A program made the translations under genes and the position numbers. Under the pieces are notes generated by a model, which was given only the letters and a program-made list of their open reading frames with translations, searched no databases and was not told where the DNA came from. Positions 1 to 8,908 of a DNA stretch of 64,000 nucleotides are shown one piece after another. The DNA is taken from positions 519,531 through 583,530 of the forward strand of contig CAWCFI010000003.1 in NCBI GenBank assembly GCA_963794705.1, written 5' to 3'. The stretch's first letter is position 1, and each line of letters starts with the position of its first letter. This DNA comes from an uncultured Acidobacteriota bacterium. Lineage in GTDB: Bacteria; Acidobacteriota; Vicinamibacteria; Vicinamibacterales; CAVVIG01.

Positions 1-52
1 AAAGCCCTGAGGCGGCGCGCAGTTTGCACCCTGGTCCGGCTGAGGTGAGCGT

Positions 53-424
53 ATGAGGTTCGCAACTGCCCTGCTCGTCGGACTGGCGGCCCTTTCAGCG
101 GCGTGTGGTTCCGGACTGGCGCGACCAGGTCCGGTCGTCAACACACACCCAGCACAGGTCGGCGGCACGATCGCCGGCATCGTCAAGACCGCCGACGCCG
201 CGGTCGCGGTTCCCGGCCGCAAGGTGACGGTGATCGAGGTGACAACCGGCACCCGCCACGAAACGACGACGGCGTCCAACGGGGGCTACACGATTCAGGT
301 GCCCAGCGGTACGTATCGAATCGAGATCGAGCTGCGGCCCGGCGAGACATTGGCGAAGCAACCGGAACAGACCCACGTCGGCAACGGCGATCTCGACACT
401 ACCCGCGATTTCGTCATCAAATGA
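53..424 (+). CDS. Lipoprotein with carboxypeptidase-regulatory-like beta-sandwich domain
   Basis: 123 aa ORF. Signal peptide with lipobox LSAAC. NGGYTIQVPSGTYRIEIEL-type motif. GAGGTGAG precedes the ATG. Confidence 0.6.
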   Translation: MRFATALLVGLAALSAACGSGLARPGPVVNTHPAQVGGTIAGIVKTADAAVAVPGRKVTVIEVTTGTRHETTTASNGGYTIQVPSGTYRIEIELRPGETLAKQPEQTHVGNGDLDTTRDFVIK

Positions 425-436
425 GAACCACCGCGG

Positions 437-1212
437 GTGACCGATGACCAACGGCTGATGACCGACGACTCGTCGACGCGCTCCTGGGACGCCGCGGCCG
501 ACGACTGGATCGCGCACGCCGACGCCAGCGACTATCAGAACCTCTTCCTGCAGCCGCGCATGCTCTCCCTCGTCGGCGAGGTATCGGGCACGCGGCTGCT
601 CGATCTCGGATGCGGCGAAGGCTCGTACGCGCGGGAACTGGCCCGCCGCGGCGCCCGCGTCACCGGCGTCGACGGCAGCGCGACGCTGATCGACGCGGCG
701 CGCCGGCGGTCGGCTGCCGCAGGCCTCGACACCGAGTTTCTCTGCCTGAACGCCAACGCACTGAACGGGATCGCCGCCGACGCGTTCGACGTCGTCGTCG
801 CGTCGATGGTCCTGATGAACGTCGAGGATTACCCCGGCGCGATCCGCGAGGCGCATCGGGTGCTCGCGCCCGGCGGCGCGCTCTGCGTCAGCATCACCCA
901 TCCCTGCTTCTCGGCGCCGGTCTCCGACTGGGTGCACGGCAAGGGGAAGAACCCGCGGTACTTCGCGGTCGATCGCTATTTCGAGCGGATCGCGTGGGAG
1001 GATCGCATCACGCCGGCGTTCCGCGCCCCACGCTCCGCCGTCATCGTCCGCTCGAGGACTACATGAAGGGCGCGATCGACGCGGGCTTCGTGCTGCGGGA
1101 GTTTCAGGAGCCGATGGCGACGGAGGACGAGCTGAAGGCATCGGCGAGGTTCGCACCGATGACGCGGGTGCCGTACTTCCTGTTCATGCGGTGGCAGAAG
1201 ACGCTCGGCTGA
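437..1212 (+). pseudogene. Class I SAM-dependent methyltransferase, one frameshift
   Basis: ORFs 437..1066 and 610..1212 are two frames of one gene. SAM motif LLDLGCGEGSYARELARRGARVTGVD. The C-terminus HRPLEDYMKGAIDAGFVLREFQEP continues in the other frame. The switch is at a C-run near 1029. Confidence 0.75.
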
Positions 1213-1237
1213 AGCCGTCGCGGTCCGCCGTCCGACT

Positions 1238-1271
1238 GTAGCGCGAAGGCTTTAGCCGAGCGCCTTCGCTT
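1238..1271. repeat. REP-like GTAG-headed hairpin overlapping the clpA stop codon
   Basis: GTAGCGCGAAGGC-TTTA-GCCGAGCGC, followed by GCCTTCGC pairing with GCGAAGGC. The same 22-mer recurs at 44427..44448. The clpA stop (TTA on plus, 1252..1254) lies in the TTTA loop. Confidence 0.45.
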
Positions 1272-3597
1272 CGTAGGCAAACGTGAGCGCGTTGTCGGCG
1301 ACCCCGATCGTCACGGTGCCGCCGTGCTCGAGCGCGCCGAACAGGATCTGATCGGTGAGCGGATCCCGCACTTCCTTCTGCACCACCCGCCCGAGCGGGC
1401 GCGCGCCGAACACGGGATCGTAGCCCTTCACCGCCAGCCAGGCGCGCGCCTCTTCGGTCAGCGTGATCGCGACGTGCCGCTCGGCCAGCTGCTGCTCGAG
1501 CTGCAGCACGAACTTGTCGACGATCTGCTCCATCACCGACGCGCTCAGGGTGCGGAAGGTGACGATCGCGTCGAGGCGGTTGCGGAATTCCGGGCTGAAC
1601 ACCTTCTCGATCGCGGTCTTCGACTTGCTGGCCGCGGCCTTGCGCAGCCGCTCGTCGTGCGCGTCGCCGCTGCCGCCCTCGGCAAACCCGATCGACGCCG
1701 CGCTCATCTCGCGCGAGCCGGCGTTCGACGTGAGGATCAGCACCACGTTGCGGAAGTCGGCCTTCCGGCCGGTGTTGTCGGTGAGGGCCGCGTGGTCCAT
1801 CACCTGCAGCAGGATGTTGTAGATGTCCGGATGCGCCTTCTCGATCTCGTCGAGCAGGACGACGCTGTAGGGATGGGTGCGGACCATGTCGACCAGCAGG
1901 CCGCCCTGCTCGAAGCCGACGTAGCCGGGCGGCGCGCCGATCAGCCGCGCCACCGCATGCTTCTCCATGTACTCGCTCATGTCGATGCGCGAGAACTCGT
2001 TGCCGAGCTGAATGGCGAGCTGTTTGGCGAGCTCGGTCTTGCCGACGCCGGTCGGTCCGGTGAACAGGAAGCAGCCGGCCGGACGATCGGGCTGACCAAG
2101 GCCGGCGCGCGAGCGCTTGATCGCCTGCGCCACCAGATGCACCGCGTCGTCCTGGCCGAACACCACCCGCTGCAGCGATTCCTCCAGCGTGCGCAGCCGT
2201 TCGCGATCCGAGGACGAAGCCTGGCGAGCCGGGATGCGCGCGATGCGCGCCACGATCCGCTCGATGTCAGGAGCGTCGACGATCACGGTGGCGGGAGGGG
2301 CAGGAAGGGCGGGATGGGCTGGATCGGCAGGATCCGCCGGCACGGCGGGCGGCGCGGCCAACCGTGCCACCGAGCCTGCTTCGTCGATCAGATCGATCGC
2401 GCTGTCGGGCAGCTTGTAGTCGCGCAGATGACGTGCGGCCAGCTTCACGGCCGCCTCGATCGCCGCATCGGTATAGGCGACGCGGTGGTGGTCCTCGTAG
2501 CGGCTCTTCAACCCCGCCAGGATGCGGATGGCCTCCTCGATCGACGGCTCCTCGATCGCGATCTTCTGCAGCCGGCGCGCCAGCGCGCGATCCTTCTCGA
2601 TGTGTTTGTACTCGTCGAACGTCGTCGATCCGATCACGCGCAGCTCGCCGGCGGTCAGCATCGGCTTGATCAACGTCGCCAGATCCATCGTGCCGCCAGT
2701 GGTCGCGCCGGCGCCGACGGTGGAGTGGATCTCGTCGATGAACAGAATCGACTTCGGCCGGGCGCTGAGCGCCCTGATGACCGCCTTGAAGCGCTCCTCG
2801 AAATCGCCGCGGAAGCGCGTGCCCGCGAGCAGCCCCGCGGTATCGAGCGAGAAGATTTCCGCGTCCCGCAGCGCCTCGGGCGCATCGTCGGCCAGCAGGC
2901 GCACCGCGAGCCCCTCGGCCATCGCGGTCTTGCCCACGCCAGCCTCGCCGACAAACACCGGATTGTTCTTGCGGCGCCGGCACAGCACCTCGATGGTGCG
3001 CTGCAGCTCCAGCGTCCGGCCGATCAGCGGATCGAGGGCGCCCGCGCGGGCGCGCTCGGTCAGATTGGAACAGTAGGCGGCGAGGGGATCGCGCGCGGTC
3101 GCGGAGCCTTCGTCGCCGCCTCCGGCTTCGGTCCCATGCGGGCTCGAACCGGGTGCGCCGGTCGGGACCTTGGAAATGCCGTGCGAGATGTACTCGAGGA
3201 TGTCGAGCCGGGTGATGCCCTGCTCCGCCAGCAGCTGTGCCGCGTGGGTCTTGGGCTGCTGCAGGATCGCCGCAAAAATGTCGCCGGCCTCCACCTCGCC
3301 GCGCTGCGCGCTCTGGACGTGGAGCACGGCCGTCTGCAGCACGCGGCGAAACGCCGCGGTCTGCTCCGGCTCGCGGGCGTCGCCGCGCTTCATCTGCTCG
3401 AGCGACTCGCTCAAATAGGCGTCGAGATCGCGGCGCAGCCTCGGCAGATCGGCTCCGCAGGCGGCCAGGATGCGCTCCCCGTCGTTGTCGTGCGCGAGCG
3501 CGTAGAGCAGGTGCTCGAGCGTGACGTAGGCGTGCCGGCGCGAGACCGCTTCGCGGTAGGCGATGGTGAGGACGACTTCGATGGCGGCAGAAAACAC
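1252..3597 (-). CDS. clpA: ATP-dependent Clp protease ATP-binding subunit ClpA
   Basis: Intact 781 aa ORF. N-terminal Clp repeat MFSAAIEVVLTIAYREA. Two AAA+ modules with Walker A GEAGVGKT and GPTGVGKT. Lies 8 nt downstream of clpS. Confidence 0.95.
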   Translation of the reverse strand: MFSAAIEVVLTIAYREAVSRRHAYVTLEHLLYALAHDNDGERILAACGADLPRLRRDLDAYLSESLEQMKRGDAREPEQTAAFRRVLQTAVLHVQSAQRGEVEAGDIFAAILQQPKTHAAQLLAEQGITRLDILEYISHGISKVPTGAPGSSPHGTEAGGGDEGSATARDPLAAYCSNLTERARAGALDPLIGRTLELQRTIEVLCRRRKNNPVFVGEAGVGKTAMAEGLAVRLLADDAPEALRDAEIFSLDTAGLLAGTRFRGDFEERFKAVIRALSARPKSILFIDEIHSTVGAGATTGGTMDLATLIKPMLTAGELRVIGSTTFDEYKHIEKDRALARRLQKIAIEEPSIEEAIRILAGLKSRYEDHHRVAYTDAAIEAAVKLAARHLRDYKLPDSAIDLIDEAGSVARLAAPPAVPADPADPAHPALPAPPATVIVDAPDIERIVARIARIPARQASSSDRERLRTLEESLQRVVFGQDDAVHLVAQAIKRSRAGLGQPDRPAGCFLFTGPTGVGKTELAKQLAIQLGNEFSRIDMSEYMEKHAVARLIGAPPGYVGFEQGGLLVDMVRTHPYSVVLLDEIEKAHPDIYNILLQVMDHAALTDNTGRKADFRNVVLILTSNAGSREMSAASIGFAEGGSGDAHDERLRKAAASKSKTAIEKVFSPEFRNRLDAIVTFRTLSASVMEQIVDKFVLQLEQQLAERHVAITLTEEARAWLAVKGYDPVFGARPLGRVVQKEVRDPLTDQILFGALEHGGTVTIGVADNALTFAYEAKALG

Positions 3598-3605
3598 GGA
3601 TCAGC

Positions 3606-3920
3606 TCACGCTTCTTCTATGGCGGCGCGCAGCGGGAACTGCGCTTCGCGGGCCAGCGCGGCCAGCGTCTCCACCTTGGTCTCGGCGACTTCCCAGGGAT
3701 ACACGCCGGCGATCCCACTACCGTTTAGATGCACCTGCATCATGATTCGATACGCCTCGGCGGGAGATTTCTGGAAAATGCCCTCCAGCACCTGCAGCAC
3801 GAACTCCATCGTCGTGTAGTCGTCGTTGAGCAGGATGACCTTGTAGAGAGTCGGCTCTTTGTTCTCGGTCTTGATCCGTTCCTTGACGGCGCCGTCCGTC
3901 TGGTCCTGTCGCTCGCTCAC
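3606..3920 (-). CDS. clpS: ATP-dependent Clp protease adaptor ClpS
   Basis: C-terminal 104 codons of ORF 3606..4091: LYKVILLNDDYTTMEFVLQVLEGIF...YRIMMQVHLNG. In-frame GTG at 3920 chosen as start. Classic clpS-clpA order. Confidence 0.88.
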   Translation of the reverse strand: MSERQDQTDGAVKERIKTENKEPTLYKVILLNDDYTTMEFVLQVLEGIFQKSPAEAYRIMMQVHLNGSGIAGVYPWEVAETKVETLAALAREAQFPLRAAIEEA

Positions 3921-3961
3921 ACCCCAGCGTACCCCACTTTTCCTGCCGAGTTCGGCGGCCG

Positions 3962-3990
3962 TTGACGCAAATGCAGATATCTGCTTATTA
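3962..3990 (+). promoter_or_regulatory. Putative sigma70-type promoter with palindromic operator for the PadR gene
   Basis: TTGACG (3962..3967), 17-nt spacer, TTATTA (3985..3990). The spacer contains the perfect palindrome GCAGATATCTGC (3973..3984). The ATG at 3999 is only about 8 nt after the -10 box. Confidence 0.3.
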
Positions 3991-3998
3991 TTCGCGAC

Positions 3999-4361
3999 AT
4001 GCGACGGAAGCCCGGCAGTCTCGTCCCCCTGGAAATCGCGATCTGCTCGGCCGCGGCGATTCTGCATCGACAGGGCGCGGCCGACTTCCACGGCTACGAA
4101 ATGGCGAAGACGCTCGGCGACGCCGCCGATACCCGCCTGCTCACCGCCTACGGCACGCTCTATCGCGCGCTCGGCCGGCTGGAAAAGATGGGGCTCGTCA
4201 CCAGCCGCTGGGAAGATCCCGCCGTGCCCGCGCGCGAGAACCGTCCCGGACGCAGGCTCTATACGCTGACCGCGCTCGGCGACGCGGCGGCTGATGCCGC
4301 GCGACTCGCGCAGACGGCCGCTCCGCCGAAGCGCGCGCGCAGGCGGCTGGCACCCGCATGA
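3999..4361 (+). CDS. PadR family transcriptional regulator
   Basis: 120 aa. Winged-helix signature YEMAKTL...GTLYRALGRLEKMGLVTSRWEDP...GRRLYTLT. Confidence 0.85.
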   Translation: MRRKPGSLVPLEIAICSAAAILHRQGAADFHGYEMAKTLGDAADTRLLTAYGTLYRALGRLEKMGLVTSRWEDPAVPARENRPGRRLYTLTALGDAAADAARLAQTAAPPKRARRRLAPA

Positions 4362-4864
4362 GCCTGCCGCTCCGCTGCGCGATCGCGCTCGTCACGGGGT
4401 GGACACGGCTCTACACCACGGGGCTGGATCCGGTGACGAGGCAACGCCGCCGCGCGGAGATCGAATCAGATCTCTGGGAATTTCACGAGGACGCGCGGCG
4501 GAGACGCTACTTGCCCGCCGAAATCGCGATGCACATGGTGCTGCGTTTAGTGGCGGGCCTGCCGCACGACGTGTTGTGGCGCGTCGAGAGCGTGGACGAG
4601 ACGAGCCGCGCGTGGGGTCGAGCCGCGTGGCTGACGGCCCACGCGGCTGGCGTGTCGGCGTGTGTCGCGGCTGCCTATGTTTTGTTTCTGGTCACATACT
4701 TCGTCTCGCTGATGCCGCTTCCCGATTCGACGCGCGTCGAACGCACGTTCATCCGGACGGCGCGCTCATTGGCTCCCCCGGCGCCGCCACCGCCGCAGCC
4801 TGCCGGCCTGCGCGTGCCGGTGGTCATGATGCCTCCGCCATCGCCGCCTCCTCCGCCGCGGTAA
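4358..4864 (+). CDS. PadR-coupled membrane protein with proline-rich C-terminus
   Basis: 168 aa. ATGA start/stop overlap with padR. Hydrophobic segments. The tail is PPAPPPPQPAG...PPPSPPPPPR. Confidence 0.5.
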   Translation: MSLPLRCAIALVTGWTRLYTTGLDPVTRQRRRAEIESDLWEFHEDARRRRYLPAEIAMHMVLRLVAGLPHDVLWRVESVDETSRAWGRAAWLTAHAAGVSACVAAAYVLFLVTYFVSLMPLPDSTRVERTFIRTARSLAPPAPPPPQPAGLRVPVVMMPPPSPPPPPR

Positions 4865-4955
4865 AAAACGATCGGCACGGGAGAATCGCGATGCTCGCCA
4901 TGATCCTCGCGCTGCTGGGGCTCGCGCCCTCTCAACCGCCGTCGGAGGTAGCGCT

Positions 4956-5987
4956 GTGACGCAGACAGCACTGAGCATGCTCGCCGTCGCTCCCCACCAC
5001 TTCAGTGCGATCGCGATTGAGGAGGGTCCGCTCGCCGCAGGGGAGCTGGAGGAGCGGACGCGGCGTCCCGACGGCCTGTCGCAGCTGCTGGCGTTCGAGC
5101 AGGCGTTCCCCAACTCGATCGGCGTCTACAACGCACGTGAAGAGGTGAACGCGCTGCAGCAGTGCGCGCAAGCCGCGCCCGACGCGTTTCATCTCTGGGG
5201 ACTGAACCAGGAGGGGTTGAACGGCGCCGGGCTGATCCTGTCGCGCGTGCTGGCATCGCCCGGGCTTGGCGCGAATGCGCGTGCCGCGATGCAGCAATTG
5301 TCGAACGAGAACGACGAAGCCTACCGGCGCGCGCTGCGGACCGGCAGCATCTTCGACTTTTTCATGATTGCCGCCGACGACCAGAAGCTCGCCGCGGCTG
5401 CCGCGCTGCTGGCCCACGAAAGCAGCCCAGAGGCCCAATCACTGTTCGCCTCGCTCATCGAGAGCCACGAGATCAACCGCGCCCCGCCGGTGGAATACAC
5501 CAACGCGCGCCGGCGCGAACGCCTGATGAAGACGCTGCTCGCTGCCAACTACTCGAGGGTGGCTGCCACCGCCTCGCTGCCGCCGAAGGTGCTGCTGCGC
5601 TTCGGCGCCTATCATCTCTATCGCGGACTCAATCCGGTGCGAGGCAGCGGCATCGGGAACTACGTCGCCGAGTTCGCCGAGGCGCAGGGCGCGCAGTCGC
5701 TGCACATCCGCCTGATGCCGGTCAAAGGTACGCAGCCGATCCATCCACGGGTCGGACAGCCTGCGCAGCTGCGGGCGTTCAACAATCTCGAGCTGCCGGC
5801 CTTCCGCTACATGCAGCCAATCTTCGGCAGCCTGCTGGCGCCGGCCTGGACGATGTTCGACCTGCGGCCGCTGCGCCGGGAATGGAATGTGTTGGGCGTG
5901 CGTGATGCTGAACTGGCGGCGCTCGTCTTCGGCTACGACATCCTCGTGATCGTTCCCGAGGCGACGCCGACGACCGGGATTCGCTAG
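4956..5987 (+). CDS. Hypothetical protein
   Basis: 343 aa ORF with ordinary composition. A short signal-like ORF (MLAMILALLGLAPSQ, from 4892) ends just upstream in another frame, so the true N-terminus is uncertain. Confidence 0.45.
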   Translation: MTQTALSMLAVAPHHFSAIAIEEGPLAAGELEERTRRPDGLSQLLAFEQAFPNSIGVYNAREEVNALQQCAQAAPDAFHLWGLNQEGLNGAGLILSRVLASPGLGANARAAMQQLSNENDEAYRRALRTGSIFDFFMIAADDQKLAAAAALLAHESSPEAQSLFASLIESHEINRAPPVEYTNARRRERLMKTLLAANYSRVAATASLPPKVLLRFGAYHLYRGLNPVRGSGIGNYVAEFAEAQGAQSLHIRLMPVKGTQPIHPRVGQPAQLRAFNNLELPAFRYMQPIFGSLLAPAWTMFDLRPLRREWNVLGVRDAELAALVFGYDILVIVPEATPTTGIR

Positions 5988-6359
5988 GTGGGACTGGACT
6001 CGTGCCCCTCGCACAGCTTGCGGACCACGCCGACGATTTCGGGAAAGCTGACCGGCTTGTGGAACGACGCGGCCGCGTCCATGTCCTGCACGCCGTCCGT
6101 CTCCATGCCCGACAGCACGACGATCGGAATCGCGGCGAGGCCGGGATCGCCGCGCTGCTCCTGCGGAACGTCCAGCCGTCCATCACCGGCATGCGCAGAT
6201 CGAGCAGGATGACGCTGGCGCTGCCGCCGCCGCGCAGATAGTCGAGCGCCTCGGCGCCGTTGGCGGCGGGCACCGGCGCGAATCCTTCCAGCGTCAGAAA
6301 TTGCTCATCAGCCGGACCAGATTCGGATCGTCATCGACGACGAGCACACTCGAGGGCAT
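5984..6359 (-). pseudogene. Single-domain CheY-like response regulator, two 1-nt frameshifts
   Basis: Manual minus-strand translation gives MPSSVLVVDDDPNLVRLMSNF / LTLEGFAPVPAANGAEALDYL...VILLDLRMPVMDGWTF / ...IPIVVLSGMETDG...FHKPVSFPEIVGVVRKLCEG in three frames. Both breaks look like a lost C in a CC pair (near 6296 and 6170). Confidence 0.7.
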
Positions 6360-6416
6360 GGACTCTCAGTGTAGGCCAATTGACAGCCGTGCAACCGGCG
6401 CGTAGTGTCGCGTTCC

Positions 6417-7572
6417 ATGCAACGACGTGATTTCCTGCGGCGTCGGCGCAGCCTCGCTGGCGCCTGGCGCGTCGAGGCGCGGCGCCAGTCGGCTCCGCCA
6501 TCTCCCGCCGCGACCGTGCTTTACGATGATCGCGCGGTCGCGCTCGATCGCATCGGCCCGGCCGCGCTGCGCGCGACGCGGCGCCTTGTGGATTCGTAAG
6601 CGCGATCTGCCGCGCGTCAACGGCTTCGAGCTGAAGCCGCAGGGCGCGTGCCGCGCCGACCTCTGTATTCCCATCCCGAAGACGATGACGCGCGGCGAGT
6701 ACTTCAACCTCACGGCCTTCGCGAAGAAGGCGGGCCAGGCGGTCGTCGCCGAACCGGCGGCACGCGTCTGGAGTTTCGGCGAGATGCAGGCGCTCGGCGG
6801 CGGGCTCGCCAACTCCCGCGTCGCGCCTGACTTCGAAGTCTCCGATCGGCGGGGCCGTCCCGTGCATCTTGCCGGTTTCCGCGGCAAGAAGGCGCTGGTG
6901 ATCACCTGGGCCTCCTGGTGAGGGTGCCGCTTTGATCTGCCAGGCTGGCAGAAGGTCTACGCGGAGCTGAAAGACCAGGAACTTCGAGATCATCGCGGCG
7001 GCGCAGGACGTCGGGCGGCGAAGCGGCCGCCGGCAGGTGGTACGACGCCGCGAAGGCGACGTTCACCACGCTGGTCGACACCAAGCACACCGTCAGCTCG
7101 GTGTTCCAGTTCATCAACGTGCCGATGGGCGTGTGGATTGACGAGAACGGGCGCGTCGTGCGCCCCGCCGAGCCGGCGTGGGCCGCGAGCCGCACCGACG
7201 TCTACGGCGGCAAGCCGCTCGAGATCGAAGGCGAACTGTACGTCGCCGCGCTGCGCGACTGGGTCGCCAACGGCGACAAGAGCGAGTACGTGCTCTCCGA
7301 CGAAGAGTTCGCGCGGCGCGTGAGGCCGCGCTCGCCTGCCGAAATGGAAGCCGAAGCCAGCTTCAAGCTCGCGGTCTGGTTCCAGCAGGCGGGCAACCCG
7401 GAGCTCGCCGCAGAAGTATTTCGAGCGCGCGCAGACGCTCAACCCCGACGACTGGAACTATCACCGTCAGGAATGGAGCTTCACGGGCGAAGCCGGCAAG
7501 AAGTGGCTGGAGAAGTTCAAGGGGTTCGACAAGGAGTACTACCCGAAGCTGCAGCTCAAAGAAGGGGGCTAG
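6417..7572 (+). pseudogene. Tat-signal thioredoxin-fold (TlpA/ResA-like) protein with in-frame TGA at the redox motif; multiply frameshifted
   Basis: MQRRDFLRGVGAASLA twin-arginine signal. ...GKKALVITWASW-TGA-GCRFDLPGWQKVYAELKDQ-NFEIIAAAQDVGG-...AGRWYDAAKATFTTLVDTKHTVSSVFQFINVPMGVWIDENGRVV...-KYFERAQTLNPDDWNYHRQEWSF...KLQLKEGG. About six frame changes are needed to read it. Confidence 0.6.
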
Positions 7573-7586
7573 TGCTGCGAGCTCCG

Positions 7587-7610
7587 GTCGTGTCCGGCTT
7601 TAGCCGGACC
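7587..7610. repeat. REP-family variant hairpin
   Basis: GTCGT-GTCCGGC-TTTA-GCCGGAC-C. It has the same architecture as GTAGT-GCAGGCC-TTCA-GGCCTGC-C. Lies between convergent genes. Confidence 0.4.
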
Positions 7611-7618
7611 AAGCGCGA

Positions 7619-8821
7619 TCACGGCCTAGCGCGCCTGACCGATCTCGGCTTCGCTCCTGCGGAGGGCCGCGCCTCTAGAACCTTTCGATAGATCTCCATC
7701 GCCCGGCGGCCGACCGCGTCCCAGCTCAGCTCGCGCGCGAAGTGATCCGCGAGCTGCGCGCGTTCCGCGTCGAGATCGCGGCGCGCCGGCGTCGGCGAGC
7801 GCACGCGCGCAGTCCTCGGCATCGCCCGGCGTCCACAGCGCGCCGACTGCTCCCGCACCCGTCATCAGCCGGAACGTCGGGATGCTGGTGACGACCGGCA
7901 CCGCGCCGCACGCGCAGGCTTCCATCAGCGAATAGCCGCTCCCCTCGTGATGGCTGCCGACGACGAACAGATCGGCCGCGCTGTAGAAGGAGGCCATCCG
8001 GTCGTGCGGCACCGCGCCGGCCAGGCGCACCCGCGCGCGTCAGCGCGGGCGACCGCTGCGATCGCGCTGCGCGCACGGCCTCGAGCAGCTCGCCGTCGCC
8101 GTAAATCATCGTCAGCGTCGCGTCGGGCAGATCCGGCAGCGCGCGCTCGAAGCCCGTCGAGCACCGTCAGCGGATCCTTGTTCGCGTTGAGGCGGCCGAC
8201 CCAGAGCATCGCCGGCGATCCGGTGACGCCGCTCGGCACGCGCCGTCGCGCGCGATCGATCGGCGTGCCCTGAGCCTTGTCGAAGGGCTGCAGCGTCGAG
8301 CTCGCCGGCATCACCTGATACGTCGGCTGATCGCGGGCGATGAAGCCGGCAGCGCCGCCACGCCGCCGCGTGCTCGTCGGCGGCAAACAAGAAACGCGTC
8401 GGCCGCGCGGCGCGTGGCGCGGCCGAGCAGGCGCAGCCCCGGGGCGCGGCCGATCGCGCCGCCGTCGGCGTGGCTCTGCACGACGAGGGCGCACGGCCGC
8501 GATCGAGCGCGCGGCGCAGCAGCCAGGTCTGCACCGGAAAGATCAGGCCGTTGACGTGGGCGACGTCCGGCCGGCAGCGCCGCGACCGCCGCCGGGATCG
8601 CCGCGCGGCGGAAGAGGTAGTCGACGCCGTTCCTGACGACCTCGACGTCGCGGTGAAAGCGCTGGACCACGGCGACCGGTCCGGCGCCGGCGCGGACGCA
8701 GCGCGTCACTCCAGCCGGTGAGGGTGAAATAGCGGCCGAGCAGCGCGTCGGGGTCGGTCAACGCCTTGTCGAACGCGTAGTTAACCTGGACGACCGAAAG
8801 CGGGTTCGGGCGAGTTTTCAC
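7619..8821 (-). pseudogene. Glycosyltransferase family 4-like (GT-B), several frameshifts
   Basis: Fragments on one strand: MKTRPNPLSVVQVNYAFDKALTDPDALLGRYFTLTGWS, VAVVQRFHRDVEVVRNGVDYLFRR, FYSAADLFVVGSHHEGSGYSLMEACACGAVPVVTSIPTF, DAERAQLADHFARELSWDAVGRRAMEIYRKV. Confidence 0.7.
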
Positions 8822-8908
8822 TTGAAGCGGCGCCCCATCGCCATATATTGTGCCTCTGCGTACAATAGTGTCGTTTTTCCCTCATCCACATCCACGCAGG
8901 AGTGCTCG

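Noticed and set aside
1324-3819. An 831-aa ORF on the plus strand opposite clpA. There are similar long antisense or off-frame ORFs at 95..1156, 11137..13287, 18387..19745, 22901..24934, 24798..26603, 28396..31041, 34626..36194, 39747..41726, 41940..43211, 45185..46552, 49215..50546 and 60071..61048.
   Set aside because: They are Arg/Ala/Gly/Pro-rich low-complexity translations typical of stop-poor alternative frames in GC-rich DNA. Each fully shadows a gene with clear family motifs on the other strand or frame.
6919-6921. The TGA treated simply as the end of a truncated redoxin gene (ORF 6427..6921).
   Set aside because: This is not adopted as the primary reading. The thioredoxin-fold text continues directly after the TGA, and the codon sits exactly at the active-site Cys position. 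It remains the alternative if the genome lacks Sec machinery.
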